A stretch of 64,000 bases of DNA from Vulcanimicrobiaceae bacterium (GCA_049792675.1 JBARBD010000101.1:1091-65090); one strand, 5' to 3'; counted from the stretch's first letter, positions 9,216 to 19,502 are shown. The notes: a model not told the origin generated them from the sequence alone. Made by a program: numbers and translations.

Positions 9216-10116
9216 GACGCAGGGCGTGCTGATCCTCGCGGGATCGACGGCCAGCGGAAAGACCGAGCTCGCGATCGAGCTGGCGCGCGAGTTCGACGCC
9301 GAAATCGTCGGCGCCGACTCCCGGCAGGTCTATCGCGACATGCCGGTCGGCACGGCGGCACCCTCGCCCGAGCAGCTCGCAGCGGTGCCGCACCACTTGA
9401 TCGGCTTTCTCGATCCGCGCGAACGCTACTCGGCGGCGCGCTTCGCGAGCGATGCGCTCGAGGCAATCGCCGCGATCGAGCGCCGCGGAAAGCGTGCGAT
9501 CGTCGTCGGATGCACGGGCTTCTACATTCGAGCGCTCACTGGCGGCGTCGCGCTCTCGCCGCAGTACGACGAGGCGCTGCGCCGCCGGCTTGCGCGCGAA
9601 GCGCGGCTCCATCCGCCGGAGTTCCTTCATGCGTGGCTCCAACAACGCGACCCGGCTCGCGCGGCGAAACTTCATGCCGGCGATACCTACCGCGTCGTGC
9701 GCGCGCTCGAGATCGCGCTCGCCGCACCGACGGGCGGGGACGAGATCCTGGCGCGCACGCTCGGCGACGTTGGCCTCTCGCCGCTGACGATCTTTCTCGA
9801 TCTCCCGTGGAACACGATCGATCGTCGCATCGCCGAGCGCACCGAGCAGATGTTGGAGGCCGGTTTCGTCGCCGAAGCCGAACGCGCAGGCGATGCGGCG
9901 GCCGCAAACGCGCTCGGGTATCCGCAGGCGGTCGCCTATTTGCGCGGCTGGAACACGCAGGCGGAGCTGCGCGCGTCGCTCGAACGCTCGACGCGGCGCT
10001 ACGCGCGCCGCCAGCGCGCGTGGTTTCGCGGCGAACCTTCGACGCTCTGGCTTGCACCCGACCGCGTCGCTGCCGCGGTACGGGAAAAGCTCGGCTGGCC
10101 TTCGAAGGCGCGCTGA
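9208..10116 (+). CDS. miaA: tRNA dimethylallyltransferase MiaA
   Basis: P-loop GSTASGKT, then ADSRQVYRDMPVGTAAPS and HHLIGFLDP. GTG 9208 overlaps the mutL stop; GTG 9226 is an alternative start. Confidence 0.9.
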   Translation: MSETQGVLILAGSTASGKTELAIELAREFDAEIVGADSRQVYRDMPVGTAAPSPEQLAAVPHHLIGFLDPRERYSAARFASDALEAIAAIERRGKRAIVVGCTGFYIRALTGGVALSPQYDEALRRRLAREARLHPPEFLHAWLQQRDPARAAKLHAGDTYRVVRALEIALAAPTGGDEILARTLGDVGLSPLTIFLDLPWNTIDRRIAERTEQMLEAGFVAEAERAGDAAAANALGYPQAVAYLRGWNTQAELRASLERSTRRYARRQRAWFRGEPSTLWLAPDRVAAAVREKLGWPSKAR

Positions 10117-10119
10117 CAT

Positions 10120-10920
10120 ATGCGCGTGCCGATCACCAAGATGCACGGCGGGTACAACGATTTCGTGATTCTCGATCGACGGACGGCGCCCGTGCGAGAC
10201 CTGGTCTCGTTCGCGCGCTGGGCGTGCGATCGTCACGCCGGCATCGGCGCCGACGGTTTGATTGCGATCGAATCCGCCGCTCCCGGCGCCGACGCGCGCA
10301 TGCGCGCGGTCAACGCCGACGGGAGCGAAGCCGAGATGTGCGGTAACGGGATCCGTTGCGCGGCGCGCTGGCTCGACGAAGCGGGTGAAGGGGATCGACT
10401 GGTCTTCCAGACCGTCGCGGGCAAGATCCGGACCGAGATCGTCGCGCGCGGCGCCGAATACCGCGTGCGCGTGACGATGCCGTGCCCAAAGATCGCCGAA
10501 CTCGCGCTCGCCGAAATCGGCGATGCGTTTCTCGTCGATCTCGGGAATCCGCACGTCGTGATTCTACGGCCGGGCGTCGACGAGTTCGACCTGGAGCGTG
10601 CGGCGCGCCGGCTGCAGAGCGATCGGGCTTTTCCGGGTGGAACCAACGTCCACGTCGTGGCGCGCCGCGACGCGCGCGGCCTGCGCGTGCGCCATTGGGA
10701 GCGGGGCGTCGGTTTGACGATGGCGTGTGGAACGGGTGCGGTCGCCGCGGCCGCCGTCGCGATCGAGCAGAAGATCGTCGAGACGCCGGTCGAAGTCGTT
10801 GTGCCCGGGGCAACGCTGACGGTCGAGTGGAACGGCCGCGACGCGGTCCAGCTGATCGGTCCGGCCGTTCGCGTCTTCGACACCGAGGTAGGCGATGGCG
10901 CGGCATCAGCCCAGCAGTAG
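10120..10920 (+). CDS. dapF: Diaminopimelate epimerase
   Basis: MHGGYNDFVILD N-terminus and the two catalytic Cys contexts (MCGNGIRC and MACGTGAVA). Confidence 0.9.
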   Translation: MRVPITKMHGGYNDFVILDRRTAPVRDLVSFARWACDRHAGIGADGLIAIESAAPGADARMRAVNADGSEAEMCGNGIRCAARWLDEAGEGDRLVFQTVAGKIRTEIVARGAEYRVRVTMPCPKIAELALAEIGDAFLVDLGNPHVVILRPGVDEFDLERAARRLQSDRAFPGGTNVHVVARRDARGLRVRHWERGVGLTMACGTGAVAAAAVAIEQKIVETPVEVVVPGATLTVEWNGRDAVQLIGPAVRVFDTEVGDGAASAQQ

Positions 10921-12133
10921 GTCGCGTGCCGTCGCACTGGCTGCGTGCGATGCCGGCGGCTCGATCTACTACGATGCCGGCTTAACGCCGCTCGCCGACG
11001 GCGGGATCGTACGCGAAGCGCGCCCCGACGAGCTGATTGCGGCCCCCGACGGAACGGCGCAGATGATGCTGCCCGGCCGCCGGCCGCTTACGACGATCGG
11101 GCCCATCGCCGAGCGCCTTGCGCTCGCCGTTGCGCTGCCGGCAGGATACACCCGCCTGCTGCTGCCGTCGTACGCAACCGCAAGCGACGCCCCGGCGCTC
11201 CCGCTCTTCGGCTATACGTTTGCGTGCGCGGTCGGCGAGCGGCTGCACGTGGCCGCAATGAAGACCGACGAGAGCGAAGATTGGGAGCCCCGGCGCTTCG
11301 CCGAAGGCGAACTCGAATCGCTCCTCGCGCGGCGCCTCGCGCTGGATCCGCAGAACCGGGTGCTCGCGCAGGTAGCACTCTGCTCTCGCGAGTACGGCTG
11401 CTTCACCGCGCAAAACGTCTTTCTCGAGCGCGGCGAGGCCGCATTGCCGGTCTCGCCGAGATGCAACGCCCGTTGCATCGGGTGCATCTCCGAGCAGGAA
11501 CCCGAGACCGGCGTCCCGTCGCCTCAAGCGCGCGTTGCGGCCGAGGCGAGCGCCGAAGCGCTCGCGCGCGTGGCGATCCACCATCTGGAACGGGTCGAAG
11601 ACGGTATCGTCTCGTTCGGGCAGGGCTGCGAAGGCGAGCCGCTGCTGCGCTCGACGGCGATCGCGCGCGCGATCGAGCTGATTCGCGCGCGCTGCGAGAA
11701 CGGCACGATCAATCTGAACACCAACGCAAGCCTTCCGCAGGCGCTGGAGCGCTGCATCGATGCCGGGCTGCAGGCCGTGCGCGTCAGCCTCAACTCGTTC
11801 CGCCCGCGCGTCTACGCCGCCTACTACCGTCCGCTCGGCTATGGGCTCGACGACGTCTTCGCATCTATCCGCTTGGCGATCGCGCGCGGCTTGCGCGTGA
11901 GCCTGAACTTGCTCACCCATCCCGGCGTCAGCGATGACGAAGAAGAGGTCGTCGCGATGGAGGCCTTCTTGCGCGCTGCGCCGGTTTCGATGGTGCAGAC
12001 GCGCACGCTGAATATCGACCCGGCCCTCTACTTCGAAGCCGTCGGGCGCCCGCGCGCGCCGCTGGGCATGCGCGCCGCGATCGAAGCGATGCGCCGCCTA
12101 AGCACCGTCGGCAACTTCACGCACGTGCACTAA
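10895..12133 (+). CDS. Radical SAM domain protein
   Basis: CNARCIGC (CxxxCxxC cluster motif), GCEGEPLL, INLNTNASL. Subfamily not recognisable. Start uncertain; the 10895 ATG overlaps dapF by 26 nt. Confidence 0.7.
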   Translation: MARHQPSSRSRAVALAACDAGGSIYYDAGLTPLADGGIVREARPDELIAAPDGTAQMMLPGRRPLTTIGPIAERLALAVALPAGYTRLLLPSYATASDAPALPLFGYTFACAVGERLHVAAMKTDESEDWEPRRFAEGELESLLARRLALDPQNRVLAQVALCSREYGCFTAQNVFLERGEAALPVSPRCNARCIGCISEQEPETGVPSPQARVAAEASAEALARVAIHHLERVEDGIVSFGQGCEGEPLLRSTAIARAIELIRARCENGTINLNTNASLPQALERCIDAGLQAVRVSLNSFRPRVYAAYYRPLGYGLDDVFASIRLAIARGLRVSLNLLTHPGVSDDEEEVVAMEAFLRAAPVSMVQTRTLNIDPALYFEAVGRPRAPLGMRAAIEAMRRLSTVGNFTHVH

Positions 12134-12138
12134 CGGCG

Positions 12139-13236
12139 ATGAGGCTTTGGCAGATTGCGGCCCTGTTGGCGGCCGGCTTGGTCTTCGGCGAGCTGGCGCC
12201 GCGGCTCCTGACCGAATCGTTCCGGGCGCTGACGCTCTACGTTTTTCTCCCGGCGCTGATCTTCGAGGCGGCGTGGAATCTCGACTTCGAGTTGATGCGC
12301 CGCGCGTGGCGGCCAATCGTGCTGCTCGCAATCCCGGGCGTCGCGCTGACCGCTGCGCTGATCGCGCTCGCCCTCCATCGTCTCGGCGGCGCCGATGCAG
12401 CGACGGCCCTGCTAATCGGCGTCGTGCTAAGCGCGACCGATCCGGTTGCGGTGGTCGCGATATTCCGACGGCTGCGCGTCCCCAAGATGCTCCAGACGAT
12501 CGTCGAGAGCGAATCGTTGCTCAACGACGCGGTCGCGGTGGTGCTCTATCGCGCCGTCCTCGCCGCGGTCTTGGCCGGCGCGTCGGGCGCGGAGGTCGGC
12601 CGCATCTCGATGCTCGCGGTCGTGGGTTCGATCGGAGGAATCGCGATCGGTGCCGTGATCGGCGCGCTCGCCGCGTTCGCGCTGAGCAGACAACTGGGCG
12701 CGGCGGTCCAAACCGCGGCAACCTTCGTCGCCGCGTACGGCGGTTACATTTTGGCCGAACGACTCCACGCTTCCGGCATTTTTGCAGTGGTCGCGTGCGC
12801 GATCGCAATGCGTGAACTCGAGCGCCGCCGTCTCTCGCTCGAGGTCGCGAAGAGCGTGGAGCGCGTTTGGCACGCCGCCGGCATCACGGCGAACGTCGCG
12901 CTCTTTTTTCTCATCGGCGCCGCGGTCGAGATCGCCGAGCTGAGCGCGCACCTGCGCCTGGTCGCGGTCACGCTGGTCGCCGTTTTTATCGCCCGCATCG
13001 TCGTTGCGTACGGATTGCTCGCCCTGGTGCCGCGAATGCTGCGGTCGTGGAAGAGCGTCGTGCGCCTCGCAGGCGTCCGGGGCGCGCTCTCGCTCGCGCT
13101 GGCGCTCGCCGTGCCGACAGCCTTTCCGGGGCGCGACCGCGTCGTCGACGCCGCCTTCGCGGTGGTCGTCTTCACGATCTTGGCGAGCGCGCTGACCATC
13201 GAACGCCGCGTCTCCCGACTCGACCTGACCCGCTAA
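12139..13236 (+). CDS. Cation:proton antiporter (CPA1/NhaP-like)
   Basis: Polytopic membrane protein with SATDPVAVVAIF and ESLLNDAVAVVLY, signature regions of Na+/H+ exchanger family proteins. Confidence 0.8.
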   Translation: MRLWQIAALLAAGLVFGELAPRLLTESFRALTLYVFLPALIFEAAWNLDFELMRRAWRPIVLLAIPGVALTAALIALALHRLGGADAATALLIGVVLSATDPVAVVAIFRRLRVPKMLQTIVESESLLNDAVAVVLYRAVLAAVLAGASGAEVGRISMLAVVGSIGGIAIGAVIGALAAFALSRQLGAAVQTAATFVAAYGGYILAERLHASGIFAVVACAIAMRELERRRLSLEVAKSVERVWHAAGITANVALFFLIGAAVEIAELSAHLRLVAVTLVAVFIARIVVAYGLLALVPRMLRSWKSVVRLAGVRGALSLALALAVPTAFPGRDRVVDAAFAVVVFTILASALTIERRVSRLDLTR

Positions 13237-13256
13237 CGCAGCGCGTAGAGGAGACC

Positions 13257-14501
13257 TCAAATGCCGAGCGGGTAGGCCTCTTCGCCGTGAAGCTCGACGT
13301 CGAGTCCGCGCTCTTCGGCACCTTCGTCGACCTTGACGGGAGTAACGAGATTAATCAGCCACAGCATCGCGTAGGTGAAGCTGAAGGCCCACGCGCTGCA
13401 AACCGTGGCCGCGACGACCTGCTTGCCGAAGAAGGCCGGGTTTCCACGCAGTAACCCGTCGGCGCCGTTGGGATTCCACAACGTCGATGCGAAGACGCCG
13501 AGCAGCGTGATTCCGAGGAAGCCGCCGACACCGTGAACGCCCCAGACGTCCAGCGCATCGTCCCAGCCCTGCTGGTTCTTGAGGGCGACGGCGAAGTGGC
13601 AGACGACGCCGGCCGCGATACCGATGATGACGGCCGTCGTTGGAGAGACGTAGCCGGCCGCCGGCGTAATCGTCGCAAGACCGGCGACGGCGCCCGTCAG
13701 CAAGCCGATGAACTTCGGCTGACGTCCGCGAGCCCATTCCACCATGAGCCACGCGACGGCCGCGAACGACGCGGCGATGTCGGTGTTCAGAAAGGCCGAC
13801 GCGGTGACGGCGTCGACGCGCAGTTCGGACCCGGCGTTGAAGCCATACCAGCCGAACCAGAGCAACCCCGTGCCCAACGCGATCAGCGGGACGTTGTGCG
13901 GGCGATTGTCGACGATGCGGCGCCGTCCGACGTAGAGCACCGATGCCAATGCCGCAAAACCGGCCGAGGCGTGGACCACGATTCCGCCCGCGAAGTCGAG
14001 GCAGCCCCACTTCGCCAAGATTCCGTCCGGGCTCCAGAGCATGTGCACGAACGGGAAGTAGACGAAGATCAGCCATCCGGTCAGGAACCAAAAATAGGCC
14101 TTAAAAGTCACGCGGTTTGCGAACGCGCCCGTGATCAGCGCCGGGGTGATGATCGCGAACATCATCTGATAGGCGATATGAACGACGAGCGGGATACCGG
14201 CGTCGTTACCGGTGAACATCGTATGCAGCGTGACGCCTCGCAGCATCGCGTACGTCAACGGGTTTCCGATGATGCCGTGCCAGGTTGGCCCGAAACTCTC
14301 CGAATACCCGAAAGCAAACCATAAGACGGTCGTCCAGCCCAAAGACATGAAGCTCTGCATCATGATCGTCAGGACGTTCTTGCGCTGAACGAGGCCCCCA
14401 TAAAAAAAGGCGAGCCCCGGCGTCATCAGCATGACGAGGCTCGCGCAGAGGAGCATAAAACCGGTGTTCCCGATATTGACCTGCGGGACTGCGGCGTTCA
14501 T
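13257..14501 (-). CDS. amt: Ammonium transporter (Amt family)
   Basis: LAFFYGGLV, DFAGGIVVHASAGFAALA, WFGWYGFNAGS. GGAGG 8 nt upstream of the ATG. Confidence 0.93.
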   Translation of the reverse strand: MNAAVPQVNIGNTGFMLLCASLVMLMTPGLAFFYGGLVQRKNVLTIMMQSFMSLGWTTVLWFAFGYSESFGPTWHGIIGNPLTYAMLRGVTLHTMFTGNDAGIPLVVHIAYQMMFAIITPALITGAFANRVTFKAYFWFLTGWLIFVYFPFVHMLWSPDGILAKWGCLDFAGGIVVHASAGFAALASVLYVGRRRIVDNRPHNVPLIALGTGLLWFGWYGFNAGSELRVDAVTASAFLNTDIAASFAAVAWLMVEWARGRQPKFIGLLTGAVAGLATITPAAGYVSPTTAVIIGIAAGVVCHFAVALKNQQGWDDALDVWGVHGVGGFLGITLLGVFASTLWNPNGADGLLRGNPAFFGKQVVAATVCSAWAFSFTYAMLWLINLVTPVKVDEGAEERGLDVELHGEEAYPLGI

Positions 14502-14537
14502 TCACATTCCTCCAGTCTAGGGAAGCTCAGTGCTTCC

Positions 14538-15413
14538 CTAGTTCATGAAGGACAGGCCCGCTCCTACATAATGCGACGTTTGGCCGTTGATTGTGGTGGG
14601 CGAAAAGCCGTATTCCACGTCGAACTGTACGTGGGCGCCGAAGTCTCTTTGGTAGACGAAATCGACGAGACTCTTACCGCCCAAATTGGGGCCGGCCGAC
14701 GAAAAATAGGCGTACTCCGCGGATAGCTGCGACGGGCCGCCGGGCAGCGCGGCGGTGAGCTCGAGGCTTGGCAGAAAGCAAAAGTACGATTGCGCGACGC
14801 CGCCGGAATTGAACGCGCTGAACGCATTAAAGCTCAGCGTCCCGGCAAGGGCGAACTCGGAGTTGATCGTGTACGCGCCGTTGAAGTTGCCGGTAAACTG
14901 CGCGTTTCCGGCGGAAAAGGCTCGACTGCCCGTCGGGAACGTGACGACGCCGTTGACGCCCCAGTCGGCGTTCGAGCTGTAGCCGAGCTCGTACTTCGCG
15001 CCGAGATTGACGTCGCTCGAGCCGCTGATCCGGGGCGTTCCGACCGAGGTCGTTTCATAACTCGGGGGCCCCAACTCGATGTCGAAGTGCGGATCGGCCG
15101 TTCCGATGCGGATGAGCGATTGCGGATAGTTCACGCCGCTGCCGCCTCCCACGCCGGACGTGGTCGTGTTGCTATAGCCGTTCTCGAAGGTAAAGTGCCC
15201 GGTGCGCACCGTGCAGACCCCGGTCGTGACCGTCGGGCGGTTTACGATCGAGAGAATCGATCCGCACGGATCGCTCGGGGCGGTCGGAGCCGGTGAAGCG
15301 GTGGGAGATGGCGAGGTCGACGTCGCCGGCGACGCCTGACCGAAGGTCGCCGCGCTCGTGAGGCCAACGCCCAAGGCGAACGTTGCCAGGGCGACCAGTC
15401 GCGTCGAAAGCAT
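14538..15413 (-). CDS. Predicted outer-membrane beta-barrel/porin-like protein, co-transcribed with amt
   Basis: Signal peptide MLSTRLVALATFALGVGLTSAATFGQA, a Ser/Pro/Thr linker, then Gly/aromatic-rich alternating strands ending GAGLSFMN. Resembles the MetA-pathway 'transporter' barrel family by eye only. Lies 36 nt upstream of amt. Confidence 0.55.
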   Translation of the reverse strand: MLSTRLVALATFALGVGLTSAATFGQASPATSTSPSPTASPAPTAPSDPCGSILSIVNRPTVTTGVCTVRTGHFTFENGYSNTTTSGVGGGSGVNYPQSLIRIGTADPHFDIELGPPSYETTSVGTPRISGSSDVNLGAKYELGYSSNADWGVNGVVTFPTGSRAFSAGNAQFTGNFNGAYTINSEFALAGTLSFNAFSAFNSGGVAQSYFCFLPSLELTAALPGGPSQLSAEYAYFSSAGPNLGGKSLVDFVYQRDFGAHVQFDVEYGFSPTTINGQTSHYVGAGLSFMN

Positions 15414-15542
15414 AACGCCAGCAAGTATACAGGGGGCGGCGCGAGTCGGCAAACCGCCGGAAGGACCGTCCATCTGGATCGTCCCATCGGATCATCCGTT
15501 CGACGGCTGGGCGAACGCCTCGCGCTCGGCTATGCTCGACGC

Positions 15543-15629
15543 ATGTGGCTCGAGATCGGAATCGTCGTCCTCTCGATCGTCTGCTTTGCCGTGCTCGACC
15601 TCTACGTGGTCGGATGCGAAAAGGTTTAA
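15543..15629 (+). CDS. Candidate 28-aa single-TM peptide upstream of kdpF
   Basis: ATG ORF MWLEIGIVVLSIVCFAVLDLYVVGCEKV, ending 3 nt before the kdpF start. Too small for the ORF track; read by hand. TATGCT lies 6 nt upstream of the ATG, so the mRNA may be leaderless. Confidence 0.35.
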   Translation: MWLEIGIVVLSIVCFAVLDLYVVGCEKV

Positions 15630-15632
15630 CCC

Positions 15633-15722
15633 GTGGATTTTGACGACATTTTAGGCCTCGTTCTCACGCTGTCTGGGCTGGCCTACCTCGTCTTCGCGAT
15701 GCTGCGCCCCGAGAAGTTCTAA
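15633..15722 (+). CDS. kdpF: K+-transporting ATPase subunit F
   Basis: Hand-read 29-aa ORF VDFDDILGLVLTLSGLAYLVFAMLRPEKF. It is a single TM segment with the KdpF-typical C-terminal PEKF, and it ends 6 nt before kdpA. Confidence 0.8.
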   Translation: MDFDDILGLVLTLSGLAYLVFAMLRPEKF

Positions 15723-15728
15723 AGAGCC

Positions 15729-17429
15729 GTGACGACCATAGGCTGGCTGCAGGCGGCGATCTTCTTTCTGATCGTGCTCGCACTCACCAAGCCGCTCGGC
15801 TCGTACATGGCTCGCGTCTTCGCGGGCGAGCGCACGTGGTTGACGCCCGTGCTCCGGCCGCTCGAGCAGTTGACGTACCGCCTGTGCGGCGTGCGCGAAG
15901 AAGAAGAAATGACCTGGTACGCCTATGCGCTCTCGATGCTGGCCTTTTCGCTGGTCGGGCTGGCCTATCTCTACCTGCTGCTGCGCACCCAGAAGTGGTT
16001 GCCGTTCAACCCTCAGCACTTCGACAATATGTCGCCGGACCTGGCTTGGAATACCGCCGTCAGTTTCACGACCAATACCAACTGGCAGTTCTACTCCGGT
16101 GAGTCGGCGATGAGTTACCTCTCGCAGATGGCGGGACTGGCCTGGCATAACTTCGTCTCGGCCGCGGTCGGCATCGCGCTCGCCATCGCCGTCGTACGCG
16201 GCTTGGTCCGCACCAGCGTCAAGACGTTGGGGAACTTCTGGGTCGATCTCACGCGCTGCTCCCTTTACGTGCTCCTGCCGATCTCGATCGTGGTCGGTCT
16301 CTTTTTCGTCTCGCAGGGCATTCCGCAGAACTTCCACGCATACCAAGGCGTCAAGTCGCTCGAGGGCTTCGCCCAGTCCATCACCGGCGGTCCGATGGCC
16401 TCGCAAGAGGTAATCAAAGAGCTGGGTACCAACGGCGGGGGCTTCGTCAACGCGAACTCGGCCTCGCCGAACGAGAACCCGACGCCGCTGACGAACTTCG
16501 TCGAGCTGCTGCTGATCTTCGCGCTCGGCGCCGGTCTGACGTACACCTACGGCAAGATGGCGAAAGATACGCGTCAGGGCTGGGCGATCTTTACCGCGAT
16601 GGCGATTCTCTTCGTGGGCGGCTTCGCGGTCGCATATTGGGCTGAAGCGGCCGGCAATCCAATCGTCCACCACCTCGGCGTCGCGGGCGGCAACATGGAA
16701 GGGAAGGAGTGCCGGTTCGGCGTGCCGGCGTCGGCGCTCTTCGCAACCGTCACGACCGACACGTCCTGCGGTGCAGTCAATTCGATGCACGACTCGTTCA
16801 TGCCGCTCGGGGGTCTCGTTCCGCTGGTCGACATGCAGCTGGGCGAGGTGGTCTTCGGCGGCGTCGGGAGCGGGCTCTACGGCATGATCGTCTTCGTCGT
16901 CCTGACGGTCTTTATCGCCGGGCTGATGGTCGGCCGCACGCCCGAGTATCTCGGCAAGAAGATCGAACGCCGCGAGGTGCAGTTCGCGATCCTGGCCGCG
17001 CTCGTCACGCCGATGCTCTGCCTCGTGCCGGCGGCGATCGCCGCGGTGCTGCCCGTCGGCAAGGCGACGCTCAACAACGCCGGGCCGCATGGCTTCTCCG
17101 AGATCCTCTACGCGTTCACCTCGACCAACGCCAACAACGGCTCCGCCTTTGCGGGGCTCGGGCCGAACCTCTTCTACAATATTCTCACCGGGGTAAACAT
17201 GCTCTTCGGACGCTTCGCCGTCGCGATTCCGGCGCTGGCCCTTGCCGGAGCGCTGGCCGGCAAGCAGTCGATTCCGGAGAGTTCCGGCACCTTTACGACG
17301 CATTCGGCGATCTTCGTCGCGCTGCTGATCGGCGTGATCGTGATCGTCGGGGCGCTCACCTTCTTGCCGGCGGATTCGCTCGGACCGATCGTCGAGCATC
17401 TGCTCGTCCAGCGGGGGAGGACGTTCTAG
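15729..17429 (+). CDS. kdpA: K+-transporting ATPase subunit A
   Basis: 566-aa polytopic protein. MTTIGWLQAAIFFLIVLALTKPLGSYMARVF and TNTNWQFYSGE are typical KdpA. Confidence 0.95.
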   Translation: MTTIGWLQAAIFFLIVLALTKPLGSYMARVFAGERTWLTPVLRPLEQLTYRLCGVREEEEMTWYAYALSMLAFSLVGLAYLYLLLRTQKWLPFNPQHFDNMSPDLAWNTAVSFTTNTNWQFYSGESAMSYLSQMAGLAWHNFVSAAVGIALAIAVVRGLVRTSVKTLGNFWVDLTRCSLYVLLPISIVVGLFFVSQGIPQNFHAYQGVKSLEGFAQSITGGPMASQEVIKELGTNGGGFVNANSASPNENPTPLTNFVELLLIFALGAGLTYTYGKMAKDTRQGWAIFTAMAILFVGGFAVAYWAEAAGNPIVHHLGVAGGNMEGKECRFGVPASALFATVTTDTSCGAVNSMHDSFMPLGGLVPLVDMQLGEVVFGGVGSGLYGMIVFVVLTVFIAGLMVGRTPEYLGKKIERREVQFAILAALVTPMLCLVPAAIAAVLPVGKATLNNAGPHGFSEILYAFTSTNANNGSAFAGLGPNLFYNILTGVNMLFGRFAVAIPALALAGALAGKQSIPESSGTFTTHSAIFVALLIGVIVIVGALTFLPADSLGPIVEHLLVQRGRTF

Positions 17430-17432
17430 GCG

Positions 17433-19490
17433 ATGTTGAGCCTACGGCGTTTGGAACGGCGTCCGAAAGCGCGCCCGCTCTTCGATCGAGCGATTCTGGC
17501 GCGCGCGCTCGGCGATTCGTTCAAGAAGCTCGATCCGCGCTGGCAAGCGCGCAATCCGGTCATGTTCGTCGTCGAAGTCGGCGCGGCGGCGACTTCGGTC
17601 TTCTTGGTGCGCGACCTCGTGACGCACTCGAGCATGGCGGGCTTCGACTTCGCGATCGCGGCCTGGCTCTGGTTCACGGTCCTCTTCGCGAACTTCGCCG
17701 AGGCCGTCGCCGAAGGGCGCGGCAAGGCGCAAGCCGACACGCTGCGGCGGACCAAGTCCGATACGTACGCGCGGCTCCTGCGCGACGACGGCATCGAGGA
17801 GCGGGTCGCGGGCACCAGCCTCCGCAAAGGCGATCGGTTCGTCGTCGAGGCCGGTGAGATCGTCGCGGCCGACGGCGACGTCTTGGAAGGCGCTGCGACC
17901 GTGGACGAATCGGCCATCACCGGCGAGTCGGCGCCAGTCATTCGCGAATCGGGCGGCGACCGTAGCGCCGTAACCGGCGGCACGCGCGTGCTCTCCGACC
18001 GCATCGTTGTGCGAGTTACGGCCAATCCCGGCGAAAGCTTCCTCGATCGCATGATTCGGTTGGTCGAAGGCGCGGCGCGGCAGAAGACCCCCAACGAGAT
18101 CGCGCTTTCGATCCTGCTCGCCGGCCTCACGATCATCTTTCTCATCGCGGTCGCGACCCTGGCGCCGTTTTCGATCTATGCCGGCGCCCATCAGAGCGTG
18201 ACCGTGCTCATAGCGCTGCTCGTCTGCCTGATTCCGACGACGATAGGCGGCCTGCTCTCGGCGATCGGGATCGCCGGCATGGACCGCGTCATGCAGCGTA
18301 ACGTGCTCGCGATGAGCGGGCGCGCGGTCGAGGCGGCCGGCGACGTCGACACGCTGCTGCTCGACAAGACCGGCACGATTACGCTCGGCAATCGCCAGGC
18401 CGTCAAGATCATCACGCCGGACGGCGTTTCGGCCGAAGAGGCGGCGCGCGTTGCCTATCTCTCGTCGCTCGCCGACGAGACCCCGGAGGGGCGCTCGATC
18501 GTCGCACTCGCGCAGCAGCGCGGCGCGCCGGCCGGCGAAGCGCCGCCCGGATCGACGGCGATCCCGTTCAGCGCGTATACGCGGATGAGCGGTCTCGATC
18601 TCGCCGACGGCACGAAAATTCGCAAGGGCGCGCCGGATTCGGTGCTGGCATGGGTTCGCGAACGCGGCGGCACCCCGTCAACCGAACTCTCGCCCGAGAT
18701 CGAGCGGATCGCGCGCAACGGAGGCACGCCGCTGCTGCTGGCCAGCGATACGTTCGTCATCGGCGTCATCTACCTCAAGGATATCCTCAAACCGAATATG
18801 ACCGAACGCTTCTCGCGCCTGCGCGCGATGGGCATTCGGACGGTGATGATCACCGGCGACAATCCGCTTACCGCCGCAACGATTGCAAAAGAGGCCGGCG
18901 TGGACGATTTTCTCGCCGAGGCGACGCCCGAGACGAAGATGGAGCTGATCAAGCGCGAGCAGCACTCCGGCCGCCTCGTCGCGATGACCGGCGATGGCAC
19001 CAACGACGCGCCGGCGCTCGCGCAAGCCGACGTCGGCGTCGCGATGAACTCCGGAACGCAAGCGGCCAAAGAGGCCGGCAACATGGTCGACCTCGACTCG
19101 GATCCGACCAAGCTCATCGAGATCGTCGAGATCGGCAAGCAGCTGCTGATGACGCGCGGGGCGCTGACGACCTTCTCGATCGCCAACGACGTCGCCAAGT
19201 ACTTCGCGATTCTGCCTGCGATGTTCGCGATCGCCTACCCGGCGATGGCCGCGCTCAACGTGATGCGCCTCTCGACGCCGCACAGCGCGATCCTTTCGGC
19301 CGTGATCTTCAACGCATTGATCATCATCGCGCTGATTCCGCTGGCTCTGCGCGGCATACGCTACGAGCCAAAGGGTGCCAACCGCGTGCTCTTCGAGAAC
19401 GTTATGATCTACGGTCTCGGCGGCATCGTCGTACCCTTCGCCGGAATCAAACTGATCGACATGATCCTGACGGCCTTCCATCTGACGTAG
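17433..19490 (+). CDS. kdpB: K+-transporting ATPase subunit B (P-type ATPase)
   Basis: DKTGTIT phosphorylation motif, [26 protein letters not shown]. Confidence 0.96.
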   Translation: MLSLRRLERRPKARPLFDRAILARALGDSFKKLDPRWQARNPVMFVVEVGAAATSVFLVRDLVTHSSMAGFDFAIAAWLWFTVLFANFAEAVAEGRGKAQADTLRRTKSDTYARLLRDDGIEERVAGTSLRKGDRFVVEAGEIVAADGDVLEGAATVDESAITGESAPVIRESGGDRSAVTGGTRVLSDRIVVRVTANPGESFLDRMIRLVEGAARQKTPNEIALSILLAGLTIIFLIAVATLAPFSIYAGAHQSVTVLIALLVCLIPTTIGGLLSAIGIAGMDRVMQRNVLAMSGRAVEAAGDVDTLLLDKTGTITLGNRQAVKIITPDGVSAEEAARVAYLSSLADETPEGRSIVALAQQRGAPAGEAPPGSTAIPFSAYTRMSGLDLADGTKIRKGAPDSVLAWVRERGGTPSTELSPEIERIARNGGTPLLLASDTFVIGVIYLKDILKPNMTERFSRLRAMGIRTVMITGDNPLTAATIAKEAGVDDFLAEATPETKMELIKREQHSGRLVAMTGDGTNDAPALAQADVGVAMNSGTQAAKEAGNMVDLDSDPTKLIEIVEIGKQLLMTRGALTTFSIANDVAKYFAILPAMFAIAYPAMAALNVMRLSTPHSAILSAVIFNALIIIALIPLALRGIRYEPKGANRVLFENVMIYGLGGIVVPFAGIKLIDMILTAFHLT

Positions 19491-19502
19491 GAAGCTGGAA
19501 CG

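Noticed and set aside
15414-15542. c-di-AMP (ydaO/kimA-type) riboswitch upstream of kdp.
   Set aside because: The 129-nt divergent spacer shows none of the conserved ACGGGGA/CCCA-type blocks that I remember for this class, and it is barely long enough. No support.
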